Positions 16,315-26,588 of a stretch of 43,792 nt of DNA are shown here, in pieces. The stretch covers positions 1 to 43,792 of the forward strand of contig QNBC01000001.1 of the NCBI GenBank assembly GCA_003641665.1. Direction: 5' to 3'. Under the pieces are notes generated by a model, which had not been told where the DNA came from, did not search any database, and saw only the letters and a list, made by a program, of their open reading frames with translations. This stretch comes from a candidate division TA06 bacterium (GTDB taxonomy: Bacteria; Hydrothermota; 32-111; QNBC01). The position numbers and the translations under genes are program-made. The stretch's first letter is position 1. Each line of letters begins with the position of its first letter.

Positions 16315-17727
16315 ATGAAAGAATTAAAATTTACAAAAATAATTGCAACCTGCGGACCATCCATGAAAAGTAAGGAAATAATTAGTGCAATGATTGAAGC
16401 GGGAGTAGATCTTTTCAGAATTAATTTTTCCCACGGAACTAAGGAGGAGTGGTCTTATTTTATAGGTATGATTAGACAGGTTGCTGACCATTCCGGGAAA
16501 AATATCGCTGTAATGGGAGATTTGCAGGGTCCCAGAATACGTGTTTCACCTAAAATAGACAGTTTGTTTCTTTATAAAGATGATTTGTGGAAGATCAGTG
16601 CAATGGACTCGGATGATAAGAAGACAATCGTTTTGGATAATCCGATTTTTATAAATAATATTAAGACGGGGGATAAAATAGTTTTCGATGATGGGAAAAT
16701 CGAGGTTTCTGTTCAATCGGTAGGGGAAAATGTTGCGATGGTTAAAGTCATAAACGGAGGAAAACTTTTAGGTGGGAAAGGGGTAAATATAGTGGGAGAG
16801 ACAGTTCAAATGCCATCGCTTACGGAAAAAGATAAAGACGATGTGGATTTTGCCGTTAAACACAATCTTGATTTTCTTGCCATGTCGTTTGTAAAATCAG
16901 GCAGTGATATTGATTTGCTGAAATCGATTTTATCGGAGAAAGAAACAGATATAAGAATTGTTTCCAAAATCGAAACACAGCAGGCGATTGAGAATCTCGA
17001 TGAAATTATCGATAATTCATTCGCTATAATGGTCGCAAGAGGAGACCTTGGGATTACATTACCAATTGCACGTCTGCCTCTTTTGCAACGGGAGATCATA
17101 GCAAAATCCATTGAGAAAGGGAAGCCTGTGATAGTAGCTACTCAGATGATGGAATCAATGGTAACGAATTCCATTCCTACAAGGGCGGAAGTTACCGATG
17201 TTTCCAATTCTATTGTTGAAGGAGCAGATGCCCTTCTTTTAACGGAAGAAACAGCAATAGGGAAATATCCTGTAAGGGTTATAAAAACAGTGGTTGATGT
17301 GGCTTTTGAGAGTGAAAAATTTATAAAAGAAAATAAGATTCAGTACAGTACATTCGATGATAAAACCGTTTCTTTTAGCATAGCAAATGCCGCAAAAAAG
17401 ATCTCGGAAGAGCCAAGCATCAGTAAGATTGTAGCTTTTACTCAATCTGGTGGTACCGCTCTCGCAGTTGCGAGGAACAGACCATCCGTCCCAATAATAG
17501 CTCTTACCGGAGATAAAGCAATTGCTCGACAGCTTTCTTTGGTTAGGGGAGTTTATGCGGAAGTCATAAATTATTTTACCAGTTTTGATACGGCAATTAA
17601 GGATGTATCCTCTATACTTAAAAGACTTAACTATTGTTCTTCCGGAGAGACGGTTTGCATAACCGCAGGTTTACCTTTTGGCGAGAAAGGTAGTACAAAT
17701 CTCTTAAAAATACATAAATTATCATGA
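16315..17727 (+). CDS. pyk: Pyruvate kinase
   Basis: Motifs KIIATCGP, FRINFSHG, MVARGDLG, ATQMMESM. The track's TTG start at 16285 is unlikely; the ATG at 16315 (MKELKFTKIIATCGP) matches the usual N-terminus. Confidence 0.92.
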   Translation: MKELKFTKIIATCGPSMKSKEIISAMIEAGVDLFRINFSHGTKEEWSYFIGMIRQVADHSGKNIAVMGDLQGPRIRVSPKIDSLFLYKDDLWKISAMDSDDKKTIVLDNPIFINNIKTGDKIVFDDGKIEVSVQSVGENVAMVKVINGGKLLGGKGVNIVGETVQMPSLTEKDKDDVDFAVKHNLDFLAMSFVKSGSDIDLLKSILSEKETDIRIVSKIETQQAIENLDEIIDNSFAIMVARGDLGITLPIARLPLLQREIIAKSIEKGKPVIVATQMMESMVTNSIPTRAEVTDVSNSIVEGADALLLTEETAIGKYPVRVIKTVVDVAFESEKFIKENKIQYSTFDDKTVSFSIANAAKKISEEPSISKIVAFTQSGGTALAVARNRPSVPIIALTGDKAIARQLSLVRGVYAEVINYFTSFDTAIKDVSSILKRLNYCSSGETVCITAGLPFGEKGSTNLLKIHKLS

Positions 17728-18362
17728 AGTTTAGTTTTAAGCATAATATCATTAGCGGTTTTGTAGCCATTTTACCCATTGGGGTCACAATACTTATTTT
17801 AGTTTTTATTTATAATAAATTTACAAATCTGTTTCTGAAATTTATAAAATACTTTCCTCAACTTAATTTTCTCCCGCAATTTATCATAACACTAATAGGC
17901 CTTATAATTCTTTTCCTTTTGTTGTATTTAATCGGTTTTTTTACAAATACATTGCTGGGGAAATGGATAACTTCGTTATTTGACAGGGTATTCATGAAAA
18001 CCCCCTTAGTAAATTCCATTTACAGTTCCGCGCGATCACTCAGTGAAACATTATTTGAGAAAAAAACATCCTTTAAGGAAGCTGTACTCGTTCAATTCCC
18101 GAGAAACGGAGGTTATACAATCGGATTTGTTACAACAACTGTGGATTGGTTGGACATTGACGGTGAGAAACGTTTAAGTATCTTTATACCTACGACACCC
18201 AACCCGACAAGTGGATTTTTCCTTATTGTAAAGGAAAGTGAGATTTTGTATCTCGATATCTCAGTTGAGTGGGCACTTAAAATAATTGTGTCCGGTGGTA
18301 TAATACATCCGGACGAGGTTAAAATAAGGGACCCCAATGAAAATAAAGAAATTGTTGAATAA
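17724..18362 (+). CDS. DUF502-family membrane protein
   Basis: Two N-terminal TM helices and the conserved IPTTPNPTSGF motif. The start overlaps the pyk stop (ATGA). Confidence 0.7.
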   Translation: MKFSFKHNIISGFVAILPIGVTILILVFIYNKFTNLFLKFIKYFPQLNFLPQFIITLIGLIILFLLLYLIGFFTNTLLGKWITSLFDRVFMKTPLVNSIYSSARSLSETLFEKKTSFKEAVLVQFPRNGGYTIGFVTTTVDWLDIDGEKRLSIFIPTTPNPTSGFFLIVKESEILYLDISVEWALKIIVSGGIIHPDEVKIRDPNENKEIVE

Positions 18363-19146
18363 GATACTGAGAAGAGAAGAAAATCAGATAAAAACCGAGA
18401 AAGATATTCAGGACATTCTGACAAGGGGAGAGGAAGCGGGTATAATAACTGCTGATGAGACGGAACTTATTAGAAGCGTTTTTGAAATAGGAGACACGCC
18501 CGTATTCGATGTTATGACCCCCAGAGTCGATATTTTTGCTGTAAAATACGATCAACCTATTGAATCGCTGGTTGAAATGATAATAAAGACGGGGCACTCC
18601 AAACTTCCTGTCTATGTTAAAGACCTGGATGATTTACTCGGTATAATTTATGCAACCGATATCTTAAAGTTATGGGGAGTGGAAGAAAAATACTATGCTT
18701 GTGATTTAGCTCGGCAACCGTTCTATATTCCCGGTTATAAAACCGTTCTTTCCACACTAAGGGAGTTTCAAGCTAATAATATTTCCATTGCTTTTGTAGT
18801 TGATGAATACGGTGGAATAAGCGGTTTGGTTACTTTGGAAGATCTTATTGAAGAGATCGTCGGTGAATTAAAGGATGAATTTGACCAGGAAGAGTTGCCC
18901 TATCGAAAATTGAAAGACGGTTCGTATATCATTGATGCGAAAATAGAACTCGAAGATTTTAACAAGATTTTCAAAACGAATTTTAAGGAAGAGGAGTATC
19001 ACACATTGGGCGGATTAATATACCACCACATTGACAGAATCCCGCAAAATGATGAAATCATTGAGATTCCTCCGGTAAAGTTGAAAATTATAAAGATGCA
19101 GGAGCAAAGGATAAAATTCGTAAAAGTTTATAAATATGGAAATTGA
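18337..19146 (+). CDS. corC: CBS-pair plus CorC/HlyC-domain protein (CorC/YbeX-like, no DUF21 membrane domain)
   Basis: The pattern TPVFDVMTPRVDIF...SKLPVY...VVDEYGGISGLVTLEDLIEEIVGE is followed by a transporter-associated C-terminal domain. Confidence 0.8.
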   Translation: MKIKKLLNKILRREENQIKTEKDIQDILTRGEEAGIITADETELIRSVFEIGDTPVFDVMTPRVDIFAVKYDQPIESLVEMIIKTGHSKLPVYVKDLDDLLGIIYATDILKLWGVEEKYYACDLARQPFYIPGYKTVLSTLREFQANNISIAFVVDEYGGISGLVTLEDLIEEIVGELKDEFDQEELPYRKLKDGSYIIDAKIELEDFNKIFKTNFKEEEYHTLGGLIYHHIDRIPQNDEIIEIPPVKLKIIKMQEQRIKFVKVYKYGN

Positions 19147-22100
19147 AACTCCTTTTGTTCATTTGCACGTTCATACGGAATACAGTATTCTTGACGGAGC
19201 GACTCGGATTTCCGCTTTATTAAAAAAAGCCCTTGAATATAATATGCCTGCCGTAGCGATTACCGATCATGGTAATATGTTCGGAGTCATAGATTTTTAT
19301 GAGAAAGCGATGTCCGTTGGAATAAAGCCGATTATAGGAATTGAAGCATATATTGCGCATGACTCGCGATTTTCAAAAAAGAAATGGGAAATCTTAAATG
19401 ACGGAGCGTTTCATATCGTCTTGTTGGCGAAGGATGTTAACGGATATCAAAATCTGATGAAACTATCATCGCTATCTTATCTCGAGGGATTTTACTATCA
19501 TCCTCGTATTGATAAGGAGATATTGAGAAAGTACTCGAAAGGCTTGATTGGGATGAGTGCATGTATCAAGGGAGAAGTCGCATATTATATTCTTAAAAAC
19601 GATATGAAGAAGGCAGAAGAGAGTGCCATGGAATATAAGGAAATTTTCGAAGAGGGGGATTACTACCTGGAATTGATGGATGTGGGAATGAAAGAGAACA
19701 AGATTGTAAACGAAGGTTTGGTTAAAATAGCAAGAAAATTAGATATCCCCATTGTGGCTACCAATGATGTTCATTATTTAAGTAAAGATGATATTTTTGC
19801 CCATGATGCTCTGATTTGTATTCAAACGAAGAGAAAGTTAAATGACACTACGCGTTGGCGGTTTGAGAGCAACGAATTATATTTCAAGTCCCCAGAAGAG
19901 ATGAAAAAATTATTTAAGGATTATCCGGAAGCAATTAGGAACACGTACAACATTGCACAGAAATGCAATCTTATTATTGAGCTTGATCCGAAAGTCGTTC
20001 ATTTGCCCCATTTTGACATACCCGAGGATTATGAGAATGCAGACGATTATTTAAAACAGTTGACATATGCAGGATTAAAAGAAAGATATGGTGAGTTGAA
20101 CGGGAAGATTAAAGAAAGAGCGGATTACGAATTGGGGATAATTCGTAAAATGGGATTTGCAGGTTACTTTTTGATTATTAGAGACATAATTCAAACGGCT
20201 AAAGAGAAGAGCATAAGCGTAGGCCCCGGAAGGGGGTCTGCCGTAGGAAGTATTGTTCTATATTCTCTCGGCATCACGGATGTAGATCCTCTCGAGTTTA
20301 ACCTCATATTTGAACGTTTCTTGAATCCTGAAAGAATTACTATGCCGGACGTAGACATCGATTTCGAAGACACACGAAGAGATGATATGATTAAATATCT
20401 TAAAGAGAAATACGGGGAAAACAACATAGCTCAAATTATTACATACGGTAAAATGAAAACAAAAATGGCTATAAAGGATGTTGGTAGAGTCCTTGATATA
20501 CCATATAACACCGTAAATGAAATAACGAAAATTTACGATAAATACAACGAGGGTTATACCGTAGCGGAAGCATTTGATAAGATAAAACAACTTCGAGAAC
20601 TTAAAGAAAAAGAGGAAAAGATAAAAAAGCTTGTGGAGTTGGCAACAAGACTTGAAAATATAACGAGACAGGCAGGGACCCATGCCTCAGGTGTTGTTAT
20701 AACACCTGAGGACATTACCCATTTTACCCCTTTGTATTGGGAACAGGAGAAAAAATCTGTAGTACCCACAACACAATATTCAATGAAAAATATCGAAAAA
20801 ATCGGACTTTTAAAGGTTGACTTTCTCGGGTTAAGGAATCTCACCGTTATTAACAGAGCTGTCCAAATGATAGAAAAGAATTACAATAAAAAATTGGATT
20901 TCAGTAAATTGCCTAAAGACGATAAAGCAACCTTTAAACTAATTCAAAAAGGAGATACATACGGCGTATTTCAATTGGAAAATGACGGAATGAGACAATA
21001 TTTGAAGAGAGTTAAACCGTCAAATATGAAAGAACTCATATTTATGATTTCTTATTACAGGCCGGGTCCTTTGAAAACAATAGATATAAAAGAGCTAATA
21101 GCGAGAAAAAGGGGGAAAGAGGAGATAAAATATCCGCATCCTAAACTGAAAGACCTTTTAAAAGAGACATACGGTTATATGATTTATCAGGAACAGATAA
21201 TGATGGCTGCAAATATTCTTGCAGGATTTTCTCTCGGAGAGGCGGATATTTTGAGAAGAGCCATGGGGAAAAAGAAATTTGATGTAATGCAAGATATGAG
21301 GATTAAATTCATAGAGGGGGCAAGAAAAAACGGTGTTGATGAGAAAACTGCCGATAAAGTATTTAATATTATGGAGCCCTTTGCTCAATACGGATTTAAC
21401 AAATCGCATGCTGCCGGGTATGCGGTTCTCTCTTATAGAACAGCATATCTTAAAGCTCATTATCCTGCAGAATTTATGGCTTCGATTTTGACCTCTTTTA
21501 TAGGAGATATCGATCAGATTGTCAAAGCTATAAAAGAAGTGCGAAGATTAAATATACAGATAAGCAGGGTGGATATCAACTCAAGTGATATAAACTTTAC
21601 TACCGATGGTACAACGATATTCTATCCTTTTAGTGCTTTAAAAAATGTCGGAACAAAGGCATCCGAAACGATAATAATAGAAAGACAAAAAAATGGAAAA
21701 TTCAAGGGATTTTTGGATTTTTTAAAACGTATGAATCTCGGTAAAGTGAATAAAAAGGTGGTGGAGTCATTGATAAAGGCGGGTGCCTTTGATAGCATCA
21801 ATTCAAATCGAGCGGAACTGTTAGGAAATTTACCTACGATGTTTGAGTATGCATCAAAAACTAAAAAACGCATGGAGCAAGGAGGGCTTTCTCTCTTTGA
21901 AACATCGGGAAAAGATTACTTAGAGCCGAAGATGATACCTATTGAGCAATGGAATGATTCGGAAAAATTGATGTTCGAGAAAGAGATATATGGATTTTTC
22001 TTTAGCGGTCATCCCCTTGAAAAATATGAAGAGATTCTAAATCTAATTACCACTCACACAATAGATAAATTGGAAAATATAAAGGAGAGGCATTGGATTG

Positions 22101-22648
22101 TTATAGGTGGTGTTGTCGGAAACGTCAAAATTAAGAAAACTCAATCACAGAAAGAGATGGGTATATTTAACATTCAGGATTTAACAGGGGAAATCGCGGC
22201 TGTGGCTTTTCCGCAAACTTATGAACAGTATAAAAATTTGATAAAAGAGGATGAATATATAATTGCAGCGGGGTATTATGACAACTCTCGCGAAAAACAA
22301 CAAATCGAAATTTCATCATTGATGAACTTGAGAGAGGACTTTAGGAAATTAATCAGTTCCGTTACTTTTAACTTTTCCGAAGAGAATATTGATAAAGTCG
22401 ATATCTATGAATCAGTAGCAAAAAAATACAGCGGGAATACAAAGTTATATATAAAATATCGCAACAGCAGGAATAATTACAAACTGCTAAGTAAAATGGG
22501 GATAGATGTAAATGAAGATTTCTTTCATTGGATTAGAGAGAACAGACTGGATAGTTCAATAGAAGTTTCGGTAAAGAGAATTTTGCCTCAGGAAACAAAC
22601 GGAAGACGGAAAGGTAATTATTATCGTTCATTTTCCAATACAAAATGA
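19136..22648 (+). CDS. dnaE: DNA polymerase III alpha subunit
   Basis: 1170 aa. PHP motif FVHLHVHTEYSILDG and polymerase core (MPDVDIDF, GTHASGVVI, GLLKVDFLGL, FNKSHAAGYA), followed by an OB-fold region. Confidence 0.95.
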   Translation: MEIETPFVHLHVHTEYSILDGATRISALLKKALEYNMPAVAITDHGNMFGVIDFYEKAMSVGIKPIIGIEAYIAHDSRFSKKKWEILNDGAFHIVLLAKDVNGYQNLMKLSSLSYLEGFYYHPRIDKEILRKYSKGLIGMSACIKGEVAYYILKNDMKKAEESAMEYKEIFEEGDYYLELMDVGMKENKIVNEGLVKIARKLDIPIVATNDVHYLSKDDIFAHDALICIQTKRKLNDTTRWRFESNELYFKSPEEMKKLFKDYPEAIRNTYNIAQKCNLIIELDPKVVHLPHFDIPEDYENADDYLKQLTYAGLKERYGELNGKIKERADYELGIIRKMGFAGYFLIIRDIIQTAKEKSISVGPGRGSAVGSIVLYSLGITDVDPLEFNLIFERFLNPERITMPDVDIDFEDTRRDDMIKYLKEKYGENNIAQIITYGKMKTKMAIKDVGRVLDIPYNTVNEITKIYDKYNEGYTVAEAFDKIKQLRELKEKEEKIKKLVELATRLENITRQAGTHASGVVITPEDITHFTPLYWEQEKKSVVPTTQYSMKNIEKIGLLKVDFLGLRNLTVINRAVQMIEKNYNKKLDFSKLPKDDKATFKLIQKGDTYGVFQLENDGMRQYLKRVKPSNMKELIFMISYYRPGPLKTIDIKELIARKRGKEEIKYPHPKLKDLLKETYGYMIYQEQIMMAANILAGFSLGEADILRRAMGKKKFDVMQDMRIKFIEGARKNGVDEKTADKVFNIMEPFAQYGFNKSHAAGYAVLSYRTAYLKAHYPAEFMASILTSFIGDIDQIVKAIKEVRRLNIQISRVDINSSDINFTTDGTTIFYPFSALKNVGTKASETIIIERQKNGKFKGFLDFLKRMNLGKVNKKVVESLIKAGAFDSINSNRAELLGNLPTMFEYASKTKKRMEQGGLSLFETSGKDYLEPKMIPIEQWNDSEKLMFEKEIYGFFFSGHPLEKYEEILNLITTHTIDKLENIKERHWIVIGGVVGNVKIKKTQSQKEMGIFNIQDLTGEIAAVAFPQTYEQYKNLIKEDEYIIAAGYYDNSREKQQIEISSLMNLREDFRKLISSVTFNFSEENIDKVDIYESVAKKYSGNTKLYIKYRNSRNNYKLLSKMGIDVNEDFFHWIRENRLDSSIEVSVKRILPQETNGRRKGNYYRSFSNTK

Positions 22649-23968
22649 TGAGAAAATATTATTAAGTATATCATCTGTTGTAATATCTCCGGTCACTGAC
22701 GATAGATTTATAATCGCCTCTTTTATCTCCTCCGAAGCAAGTTCCAAACCTTCATTGTTTTCTATAATCAGTCGTGTCTTTTTAAGATATACTTCAGCAT
22801 TCTTTAGTTTTTCCGTGATTCGATCATTTAAATTGAGCGAAAATCTCTTATTCTCAATAAATGTTGATATGATACTATTGATAATTCCCTCGGAAGTTTT
22901 ATCTCTACAATCAATTTTTGCCTCAATTCTCGGCAGTTCATTCTCTTCAAATCTCCCCTTAAGGTCACTTTTTGTTAAAATATAAAATATGTTCTTTGCA
23001 TTCTTTAAAAATTTCAGGTGAAGCTTATCATCGGAATCAAAATGCCTTGAGCTGTCAAATAGAGCCAATACAATATGAGCGTTTTCTATCTCCTTTTCAG
23101 TCTTTTCTATACCTATTCGTTCTATGGGATCATCTGTGATTCTTATTCCCGCTGTATCCTTAATGAGAATGGGGATTCCGCGAATATTGATCCACCCCTC
23201 GAGAATATCTCTAGTGGTGCCCGGGATGTTTGTAACAATTGCTTTTTCTCTGGAAAGTAACAGATTAAACAGACTTGATTTTCCTACATTGGGTTTTCCC
23301 GTAATTATTACAGTTAATCCTCTTTTCATAAGTATGTTGTTTTCATCTTTTATTATAAGATTTTTCAATCTATCCTCCGCTTCCGAAATAATACATAGTG
23401 TCTGATCTTTATCAAAGTTAATATCTTCTTCTTCCGGAAAATCAAGATTCGCTTCAATTAAGGACGATATTGTAAGTAATTTATTTCTCAATTTATCGAT
23501 TGTGTTTGAGAAATCACCTTTCAACATGGAAATAGCCGATATGGCGGCGTCTTTTGTTTTTGCATTTACTATGTCCATAACGGATTCGGCTTGAACAAGA
23601 TCGATTTTACCGTTTAAAAAGGCTCTTTGGGTAAACTCTCCATTTCCCGCCATTCTGCAACCGTTTTTAATTAATAATTCAATAATTATCTCGGGAACTG
23701 CCAAACCACCGTGGCAAAATATTTCGGCTTCATCGCATCCCGTGTAAGTGTTTGGTGATTTGCGAAAAAAAAGTATGACTTCATCAATGACCGTATCTTT
23801 GTCGTAAATGTAGGTATGAATAATCTTATCTTTGGCGGGAGTTGAAGGGAGGATTTTATTGAGAATTGTCAGAGTATTTTTCCCTGCTATTCTTATACCT
23901 GCTATTGCACCGATACCTATGGGAGTCGTAATAGCACAAATCGTATCTCTATTATTTTGTAACAACAT
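22628..23968 (-). CDS. mnmE: tRNA uridine-5-carboxymethylaminomethyl modification GTPase
   Basis: G1 GKPNVGKSSLFN, DTAG, and the canonical C-terminal CIGK. 446 aa. The 3' end overlaps the 3' end of dnaE by 21 nt (convergent). Confidence 0.93.
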   Translation of the reverse strand: MLLQNNRDTICAITTPIGIGAIAGIRIAGKNTLTILNKILPSTPAKDKIIHTYIYDKDTVIDEVILFFRKSPNTYTGCDEAEIFCHGGLAVPEIIIELLIKNGCRMAGNGEFTQRAFLNGKIDLVQAESVMDIVNAKTKDAAISAISMLKGDFSNTIDKLRNKLLTISSLIEANLDFPEEEDINFDKDQTLCIISEAEDRLKNLIIKDENNILMKRGLTVIITGKPNVGKSSLFNLLLSREKAIVTNIPGTTRDILEGWINIRGIPILIKDTAGIRITDDPIERIGIEKTEKEIENAHIVLALFDSSRHFDSDDKLHLKFLKNAKNIFYILTKSDLKGRFEENELPRIEAKIDCRDKTSEGIINSIISTFIENKRFSLNLNDRITEKLKNAEVYLKKTRLIIENNEGLELASEEIKEAIINLSSVTGDITTDDILNNIFSSFCIGK

Positions 23969-23970
23969 AT

Positions 23971-24423
23971 TTAAGGGGTAATCGAAATTACTATTTTGAC
24001 TTTAATGTTATTGCTAAGAGCTATTTTATTTAGTAAATATTCAATTGCCTTAATTGTTTTTCCCTGTTTTCCTATGAGTCTATTCTTCGATTCAGGTGAA
24101 TTTACCGTAAGTATGATTAGTCCCCTTTTTCGGCTGTACGCTACAGAGTCACATTTTATGCTTAGAGTATCCAGTATATTGTTCAGAGCTTCGAGGAGAA
24201 ATTCCTTTTCTCCTTTTGTCGATATTTCAATCCGTTGATTTTTCTTCTTGAAAAACAAAAGATGAGGGGTTGTATATTCGGTGATTTTGATGTCTGCTCG
24301 CGCTCGTTTTATTTTCAAATCTCTAAGAGCTTCGTCAATTGCCTCTTCCTTGTTTGGGTTTTCAAGAACGATTACTCGGTTTTGATCGTTACTTCGATTC
24401 GTCTGGTTTGCTCTTTTTTTCAT
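23971..24423 (-). CDS. jag: Jag/KhpB-like RNA-binding protein (Jag_N + KH, no R3H domain visible)
   Basis: It occupies the conserved position between yidC and mnmE. Jag_N-like segment EEAIDEALRDLKIKRARADIKI. KH GxxG motif LIGKQGKTIKAIEYLL. Only 150 aa. Confidence 0.7.
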   Translation of the reverse strand: MKKRANQTNRSNDQNRVIVLENPNKEEAIDEALRDLKIKRARADIKITEYTTPHLLFFKKKNQRIEISTKGEKEFLLEALNNILDTLSIKCDSVAYSRKRGLIILTVNSPESKNRLIGKQGKTIKAIEYLLNKIALSNNIKVKIVISITP

Positions 24424-26026
24424 TAATTACCTCTAAATGAATGATGTAAAGTTGAAGTAGCGATAGTAAATTGTAAATCAAATAATATAGACTTAGTCCT
24501 GCGGGAAAATTTAAGAATATGAATACCATAAATATAGGCATAAAGTAAGTCATATATTTTTGTTTAGGATCGGGATTAGAAAATTTTTGTTGTATGAACA
24601 TTGATATACCCATTAAAATCGGTAATATATAGTAAGGGTCGGCTGCCGTTAGGTCTTTCATCCAGAGGAATGAAACACTCTTCAATTCAATTGTACTCTT
24701 TAATACTTGATACAGAGCGAAAAACACAGGGGTCTGTAAAAGGATAGGCAAGCAACCGGTAAAAGGATTAACTCCCTTTTCTTTGTAGAGCTCCATCGTT
24801 GCCTGGTTGAGTTTTTGTGCATTGTTTTTGTATTTTTCCTGTAACTCTTTTAATGCAGGTTGCAATTCCTGCATTTTTCTCGCCGATCTGAAACTGGATA
24901 GAGTAAGAGGGAAAAAGATAAGGAAAAGAAAGACAGCGAGTATGATTATGGTTATACCGTAATTATGGACGAATCTTTGAATAAAAAGCATTACGTTTAA
25001 TATTAATTTGCTTATGGGTGCTATAATCTTCCAGCCCCAATCGAAGATATCCGTAAATTGTCCCCCGTAGGATTTCAATATTGTATAATCAAGTGGTCCG
25101 ATATAGAGAGAAACCGTATTGAGAGTATCGTGAATGTAATCCTTATCAAAGCTGAAATTTAAAATCCCGTCATTGACAAAGTGGATATCGAATCCCTTGA
25201 CATCTTTGGGATCCGAAATATACATTGCCGTAAAGTATGTGTTTCTAATTCCTGCAAATGAACTATGCCCCACGTAGGAAACATCCCCCTTTTTCAATGT
25301 CTTCGAACTGTATTTCTCTACCGTTCCTCCGAGATTGGCAAATGCTTTTGTCGCGTGAATTTCATTTTTCTTGTATTTTTCTTCATATGCAAGACCATTA
25401 TTGAAATTAAATTTTACCCAATCCACATCAATACCGTTTACTTTATAAAAGATATCGATTTTATAATCTTTATTATTGAAAACATAACCTAAAAGAATAT
25501 TGGAGGTATCATTCTTCCATGAAAATAATAGAGTATCGACCTTTTTATCGCTCAATTCAATATATTTTTTATTATAATTAAAACTTATACTGTCCAGAGG
25601 AATTTCATAATCGCCGGAGTATAGAGTAATTCCGCTTTGCGGGATCCCTTTCAGTATATTCAAAGTGTCACCTTTCACACTACGATATTTGTTAACATAA
25701 CAATTTATAATCGAAGCACCGTGATTTATTATTTGCATCCTGTAAAGTGAGGTAGTTATATTTATTGTGTCCGAATTATCGGTGCTTTTGTAAGGTAATT
25801 TAGCGACTTTTGTCGAAACGGTTTTCTCCTTCCTGGATACAACCACTCTGCTTCTAATTACCGTATCTTTCTCTTTTGTTTTTGCCACTTTACTTGTATC
25901 AGAGATTTTTGTACTGTCACCGATAATTCTATTAATTGTCGGAGCTTTAAAGAAAAACATCTGCCATACAACCAAAATTACTGTTATAAGAACAAGTGCT
26001 ATCAACATTCTTTTATTCAAATCCAT
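24389..26026 (-). CDS. yidC: Membrane protein insertase YidC (long, diderm-type periplasmic domain)
   Basis: 545 aa: an N-terminal TM, a periplasmic beta-sandwich region of about 300 aa, then the YidC/Oxa1 core (KMQELQPALKELQEKYK, GCLPILLQTPVFFALY). GGAGG SD upstream. Confidence 0.9.
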   Translation of the reverse strand: MDLNKRMLIALVLITVILVVWQMFFFKAPTINRIIGDSTKISDTSKVAKTKEKDTVIRSRVVVSRKEKTVSTKVAKLPYKSTDNSDTINITTSLYRMQIINHGASIINCYVNKYRSVKGDTLNILKGIPQSGITLYSGDYEIPLDSISFNYNKKYIELSDKKVDTLLFSWKNDTSNILLGYVFNNKDYKIDIFYKVNGIDVDWVKFNFNNGLAYEEKYKKNEIHATKAFANLGGTVEKYSSKTLKKGDVSYVGHSSFAGIRNTYFTAMYISDPKDVKGFDIHFVNDGILNFSFDKDYIHDTLNTVSLYIGPLDYTILKSYGGQFTDIFDWGWKIIAPISKLILNVMLFIQRFVHNYGITIIILAVFLFLIFFPLTLSSFRSARKMQELQPALKELQEKYKNNAQKLNQATMELYKEKGVNPFTGCLPILLQTPVFFALYQVLKSTIELKSVSFLWMKDLTAADPYYILPILMGISMFIQQKFSNPDPKQKYMTYFMPIFMVFIFLNFPAGLSLYYLIYNLLSLLQLYIIHLEVINEKKSKPDESK

Positions 26027-26035
26027 TATTACCTC

Positions 26036-26299
26036 CTAAGGTACCGGATCATATCCGCCCGGATGGAGCGGATGGCATTTGGAAACTCTCTTTATGGAAA
26101 GGAATCCACCTTTTATTATTCCGTATTTCGTTATAGCTTCTTCTGAATAATGCGAGCAAGTGGGGGTAAATCTACACTGTCCGGGCAAATAAGGGGAGAT
26201 CATTGCGCGGTATATTCTGATTAGAATTACGATGATTTTCTTTAAAATATTACTGCAATTTTTGAAAAAGGTATTTAACATCTTTATGTATTTCTGCAT
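26036..26299 (-). CDS. yidD: Membrane protein insertion efficiency factor YidD
   Basis: Conserved motifs [18 protein letters not shown] and HPGGYDPVP. The true start may be the internal ATG at 26281. Overlaps the 3' end of rnpA. Confidence 0.85.
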   Translation of the reverse strand: MQKYIKMLNTFFKNCSNILKKIIVILIRIYRAMISPYLPGQCRFTPTCSHYSEEAITKYGIIKGGFLSIKRVSKCHPLHPGGYDPVP

Positions 26300-26588
26300 A
26301 AGTTGGTACTTCTCGTTTATTGTAAAGGAAAACTAAATGTAAATTATTGGGAATTGAATTTTTCTCTTTTCTCACTATTTCTCTAAGTATCCTTTTTACC
26401 CGATTTCTCTCAACAGCTTTTCTCAATTTTTTAGAGGAGACCGATATACCTATCTTTTTTTCTTTTTCTTTCAAAGCAAAAACCGATATGCTACCGCAAA
26501 CATATCTTTGTCCATGAAGAAAAACTGCTCGGAATTCGCTATTTTTTCTAAGTCTAAGTGATTTGGGATAGGTATTACCACCAGCCAT
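26250..26588 (-). CDS. rnpA: Ribonuclease P protein component
   Basis: 112 aa, basic, with the [14 protein letters not shown] motif. Positioned between rpmH and yidD. Confidence 0.85.
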   Translation of the reverse strand: MAGGNTYPKSLRLRKNSEFRAVFLHGQRYVCGSISVFALKEKEKKIGISVSSKKLRKAVERNRVKRILREIVRKEKNSIPNNLHLVFLYNKREVPTYAEIHKDVKYLFQKLQ

